Below, piece after piece: positions 14,721-17,499 of a DNA stretch of 17,499 nt. The DNA is from Rhodobacterales bacterium (GTDB lineage Bacteria > Myxococcota_A > UBA796 > GCA-2862545). A model generated the notes under the pieces. That model was not told the origin of the DNA, did no database searches, and was given only the letters and a program-made list of their open reading frames with translations. Location: contig JAACDH010000088.1 in assembly GCA_009936995.1 (NCBI GenBank), forward strand, positions 1-17,499, given 5' to 3'. The position numbers were made by a program, and so were the translations under genes. The stretch's first letter is position 1, and every line of letters begins with the position of its first letter.

Positions 14721-16208
14721 ATGTTCGCACGCTTCCTTCCTTTCGCACTGCTCCTGACCGCCTGCTCTCCGCAGTCTGCGGTTCTGACTTCTGGCGAATA
14801 CTGGGCTTTTCTAAGCGAGTCCACTTCCTTCTCCATCAACAAGGGCACTGTCGTTCCCGAGGATTGGGGCGAGGAGGATTACTGGCAGGTCGACTGCCGT
14901 GAGTTCGAGACACCTGCTGAAAAGAACGCCTTGAAACTCCCGGATGCACTTAAAATCTGCAACACCTGGGAAGACCTCGACGGTGACGGCCGCACCGAGC
15001 CCGACGCCCTCTGGATGGGTCAAGGCGCTTGGCACGTCGTTCACGAAGAGCTCGAGCCCTGGCGGGGCGAGGCCATCATCACGGCCGAAGGCGATCTTCA
15101 GATTGGCTTCCACCACCGCTTGCCCGGCGGCAGCGACTTCCGCTTCGCGCTCCTCGTAGATCCCAACTTCGCGCCCCACCGCTGCAACGCCCAGACTGGC
15201 GAATCTGAGCCCGTAGATGGCGACTGGGTCGACAACTGGACCGAAGACCTTCGCACGTTGGCCGACGGCCCAATTCCGCCGCACTTCGCTGTACTCGAAG
15301 ACCAAGTCGACACCGGTCGTCTCTGGTACCTGAACGCACGCTCCTACCAGTTCAACCCGGACGATCTCGAAGGCGGCGACCTCTGGTTCCTCCCCGAGCA
15401 GTACGAGGCCGGCTACGCAGCGGGTCAGTTCTCCGAAGAAGACTTCCACAGCCGTGCGCCGCGCTGGGGCTCCTTGTTCATGTACGACCAGCTCGATTTG
15501 GTCGACGCGTACGAGGGCAGCATTTACGTGCCGCAACGCAGCGACCTGTTCTTCTGTCAGCTAGAAGATATGGGTGGTAAGCTCGGCGAGTGCCTGTACG
15601 ACGGCCAGGGCGTTGGTGTAGACGGTGAGTGTGCCTACGATGGCGTGCTCTCCTCAGAAGTTTGCACCGAGCTCTCCGATTGCACCAATGGCGCCCAGGG
15701 CGAAACCGCCACCTGCGACGGTTACGTCGCACCGATTGACTGCTCTTCCGTCGACAGCTGTTCCCCCAGCATCCCCGGCGTGATCACCTGCGACGGTTAC
15801 GAAGCTCCCGTGCCCGACTACGACCGTTTCGACGCTTGTGTTGTCGACGAGGCCGTAGAAGTCAACGACATCGCCGACGAGATCAAGAGCGACTACGACG
15901 ACGTTCGCGTCACCTACCGCCCCATGGTCCACGACAACCTTTGGCGCGAAGCCGATGGCACCCAAGCTGGCTTCGATGGCTGGATTGGCCTGCACTACAA
16001 CTACGTTGCCATCACCGGCGACATCGAAGTGGGCAGCAGTGTCACGGGCGCGTTCTCTCTGATGATGGACGGCGACGAGTCCAACTCTCGCTTCATGGTT
16101 CAGGGCAAGTTCACGGTCGACAAGATCAAGGCGGACCGCTGGATGACCGACGATCTCCGCGCTCAAAAGCTGGAAGAGAACGGCAACAGTCTGTGCGTCT
16201 TTAACTAG
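14721..16208 (+). CDS. Hypothetical Cys-rich secreted lipoprotein (495 aa)
   Basis: This is ORF 14670..16208 trimmed to the Met at 14721 (MFARFLPFALLLTACSPQ, lipobox LTAC). Coding-type GC3 bias holds throughout. An internal Cys cluster carries a duplicated TCDGY(V/E)AP motif. No recognisable catalytic motif is present. Confidence 0.65.
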   Translation: MFARFLPFALLLTACSPQSAVLTSGEYWAFLSESTSFSINKGTVVPEDWGEEDYWQVDCREFETPAEKNALKLPDALKICNTWEDLDGDGRTEPDALWMGQGAWHVVHEELEPWRGEAIITAEGDLQIGFHHRLPGGSDFRFALLVDPNFAPHRCNAQTGESEPVDGDWVDNWTEDLRTLADGPIPPHFAVLEDQVDTGRLWYLNARSYQFNPDDLEGGDLWFLPEQYEAGYAAGQFSEEDFHSRAPRWGSLFMYDQLDLVDAYEGSIYVPQRSDLFFCQLEDMGGKLGECLYDGQGVGVDGECAYDGVLSSEVCTELSDCTNGAQGETATCDGYVAPIDCSSVDSCSPSIPGVITCDGYEAPVPDYDRFDACVVDEAVEVNDIADEIKSDYDDVRVTYRPMVHDNLWREADGTQAGFDGWIGLHYNYVAITGDIEVGSSVTGAFSLMMDGDESNSRFMVQGKFTVDKIKADRWMTDDLRAQKLEENGNSLCVFN

Positions 16209-16321
16209 GCTGCAAGCCGCAGAGGGTCAGGTATTTCCACGGATCACTTTAGCGGGTAGGCGAGGTGGTTGACGCTGGCTAGGGTTGGCGGTCGAACTTG
16301 CGCCATGGGCGCGGGTGTGGA

Positions 16322-17452
16322 TTACCGCTTCTTCAGCAGGGCGACCCACTTCAGCGACCGCTCGGTGACGGGATTGTTTTGGAAGTTCCGCGCTTCCAAG
16401 AGGATCTCGAAGCCAGCATCATGGATGGCCTGCTTGACCTCGGCGAGCTCGTACATGCGGAGCTGTAGGTGGCTGCGCTTCGTGGTGCCGTCGGGGTAGA
16501 CGTAGGTGTACACGACGTGGTGGACCTTGAGTTCGGGCTCCCACCACGTTTGCTCCCAGGACGTGAGGGTTTGGCCCCGGGCATCGACGAAGGTACGCGG
16601 CTCAACTTCCTCGTTGGGGTCTTGTTCGTAGAGCTCGCGTGCCGGCAGATAGCAGTCCATGGCCAGGCGGCTGGTGGGCCCCATGTGGCGTGAGATTCGG
16701 GCCAAGACCGCGCTGACCTGTTCGAGGTCGCGACAGTGGTGCAGGGCGTTAAACGGCCACAGGACAAGGGGGAACTGTCGGTCGAGGTCTAAGGTGCGGA
16801 AGTCGCCCAAGTGCGTCTGAACCTTATCCTGGACCTTGGAATCAGCGGCGACGCGCTGGGCCAGGCCGTCGAGCATGGGTTGAGACAGGTCGACGCCGAT
16901 GACCTTGGCGCCTGTGCGGGCGATGGGCAGGGTGAGTCGACCGGTGCCACAGCCGAGCTCGAGGATGGGGCCACCAAACTTTTTGGCGAGCGACGTGTAC
17001 CAGGCGAGGTCTTCGGTGTGGTCTGCGTACTCAAGGTCGTACAGCTCGGCGTTGTCGTAGGGGTTGTTCCGTCCGCGCGCGCTCGACCACTCGGCCAGCA
17101 GCCGAACCATCCGATGTCCGCGGCGCCCGAGCACGGCTTCGATCGGCAGGTAGCGCGCGTTGAGCCGGGCTTCCCAGAGCAAGAGATTGAGCCAGCTGTG
17201 AAGGAGACGGCCCGGTGGAGCCCCGGGGAACACGAACGCTGGAAGGGCCACCCAGCCCGTAGGCGTTTGTACAATGCGGGCGGCGAGGGTGTCTCCTTGC
17301 TGAGGCGGTCCCCAGAGGCAGACGGGGCCGTCGAGGTGCACGGGCTCATTGGGAATGTAGTGCTCGGCCAGGCCGAGGCGATCGGCAATTTTCCAGTGAT
17401 TAGGACCAGTTTGGGACTCTAAGCTCCAGATGGCGAGGGGGGCGAGGGACAC
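16322..17452 (-). CDS. Class I SAM-dependent methyltransferase with an additional ~115-aa N-terminal domain of unknown function; the frame remains open to the window edge, so the true start may lie beyond 17499
   Basis: Motif I LELGCGTGRLTLPIA is preceded by NPYDNAELYDLEYADHTEDLAWYTSLAKKFGGP. A motif II-like LVLWPFNALHH is present. A GTG at 17452 is the first start codon in the window, but no in-frame stop lies upstream. Codon bias is already coding-like in the N-terminal extension. Confidence 0.8.
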   Translation of the reverse strand: MSLAPLAIWSLESQTGPNHWKIADRLGLAEHYIPNEPVHLDGPVCLWGPPQQGDTLAARIVQTPTGWVALPAFVFPGAPPGRLLHSWLNLLLWEARLNARYLPIEAVLGRRGHRMVRLLAEWSSARGRNNPYDNAELYDLEYADHTEDLAWYTSLAKKFGGPILELGCGTGRLTLPIARTGAKVIGVDLSQPMLDGLAQRVAADSKVQDKVQTHLGDFRTLDLDRQFPLVLWPFNALHHCRDLEQVSAVLARISRHMGPTSRLAMDCYLPARELYEQDPNEEVEPRTFVDARGQTLTSWEQTWWEPELKVHHVVYTYVYPDGTTKRSHLQLRMYELAEVKQAIHDAGFEILLEARNFQNNPVTERSLKWVALLKKR

Positions 17453-17499
17453 GCCGCGGACGTTGGCGCGATCTGCGACGCTGGGCAGCGGGCGGCGTC

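Noticed and set aside
16300-16313. Short palindrome gcgcc-atg-ggcgc between convergent genes
   Set aside because: The stem is only 5 bp, it has no U-tract, and it contains an NcoI-type palindrome. This is too weak to call a terminator.
16351-17422. Alternative-frame ORFs (138 aa and 199 aa on the minus strand, 203 aa on the + strand) across the methyltransferase gene
   Set aside because: The MTase frame carries motif I (LELGCGTGR) and coding GC3 bias. The alternatives are Ser/Pro/Arg-rich low complexity.
1-17499. Mobile elements, CRISPR arrays, rRNA or tRNA genes
   Set aside because: I saw no transposase or integrase-like ORF, no terminal inverted repeats, no regularly spaced direct repeats, and no rRNA or tRNA-like structure in any intergenic gap.

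Overview
The window is GC-rich bacterial DNA (about 65% GC). The local base composition makes long spurious ORFs appear in most frames, so I judged coding frames by third-position GC bias, motifs and start-site context. Three encoded secreted hydrolases (a metzincin metalloprotease, an alpha/beta-hydrolase and an S8 subtilase) end in a Gly-Cys motif, a hydrophobic stretch and an Arg-rich tail. This is the MYXO-CTERM type of C-terminal sorting signal, which points to a Myxococcota-like genome. I support 14 protein-coding genes:
- 1..599 (-): partial SDR oxidoreductase.
- 602..1780 (-): degenerate M48/M56-like polytopic membrane protein, tightly coupled to the SDR.
- 1812..2000 (-): small DUF6435/Lacal_2735-like protein.
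- 2235..4142 (-): lipoprotein metzincin protease with a PPC domain, TSP3 calcium-binding repeats and MYXO-CTERM.
- 4519..6285 (+): parallel beta-helix lipoprotein, divergent from the protease.
- 6477..7076 (-): TetR regulator, cotranscribed downstream of the hydrolase.
- 7079..8440 (-): secreted alpha/beta hydrolase with MYXO-CTERM.
- 8664..10007 (-): SPFH/Band-7 protein with poly-proline tracts and two C-terminal GYF-like (DUF4339) domains.
- 10086..10712 (+): 2-TM membrane protein, with an ATGA overlap onto the next gene.
- 10709..12208 (+): S8 subtilase with MYXO-CTERM.
- 12265..14610 (+): FG-GAP repeat lipoprotein.
- 14721..16208 (+): Cys-rich lipoprotein.
- 16322..17452 (-): SAM methyltransferase with an extra N-terminal domain.
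I found no transposase, CRISPR array, rRNA or tRNA. The main structural oddities are a ~155-bp frameshifted remnant of the SPFH gene sitting between two convergent genes, and a compound microsatellite inside the SPFH coding sequence. The most system-like candidate is the SPFH gene placed divergently from a translationally coupled 2-TM protein plus S8 protease pair. That pair is followed on the same strand by two lipoprotein genes. The arrangement recalls stomatin-NfeD pairing, but with a different protease class.
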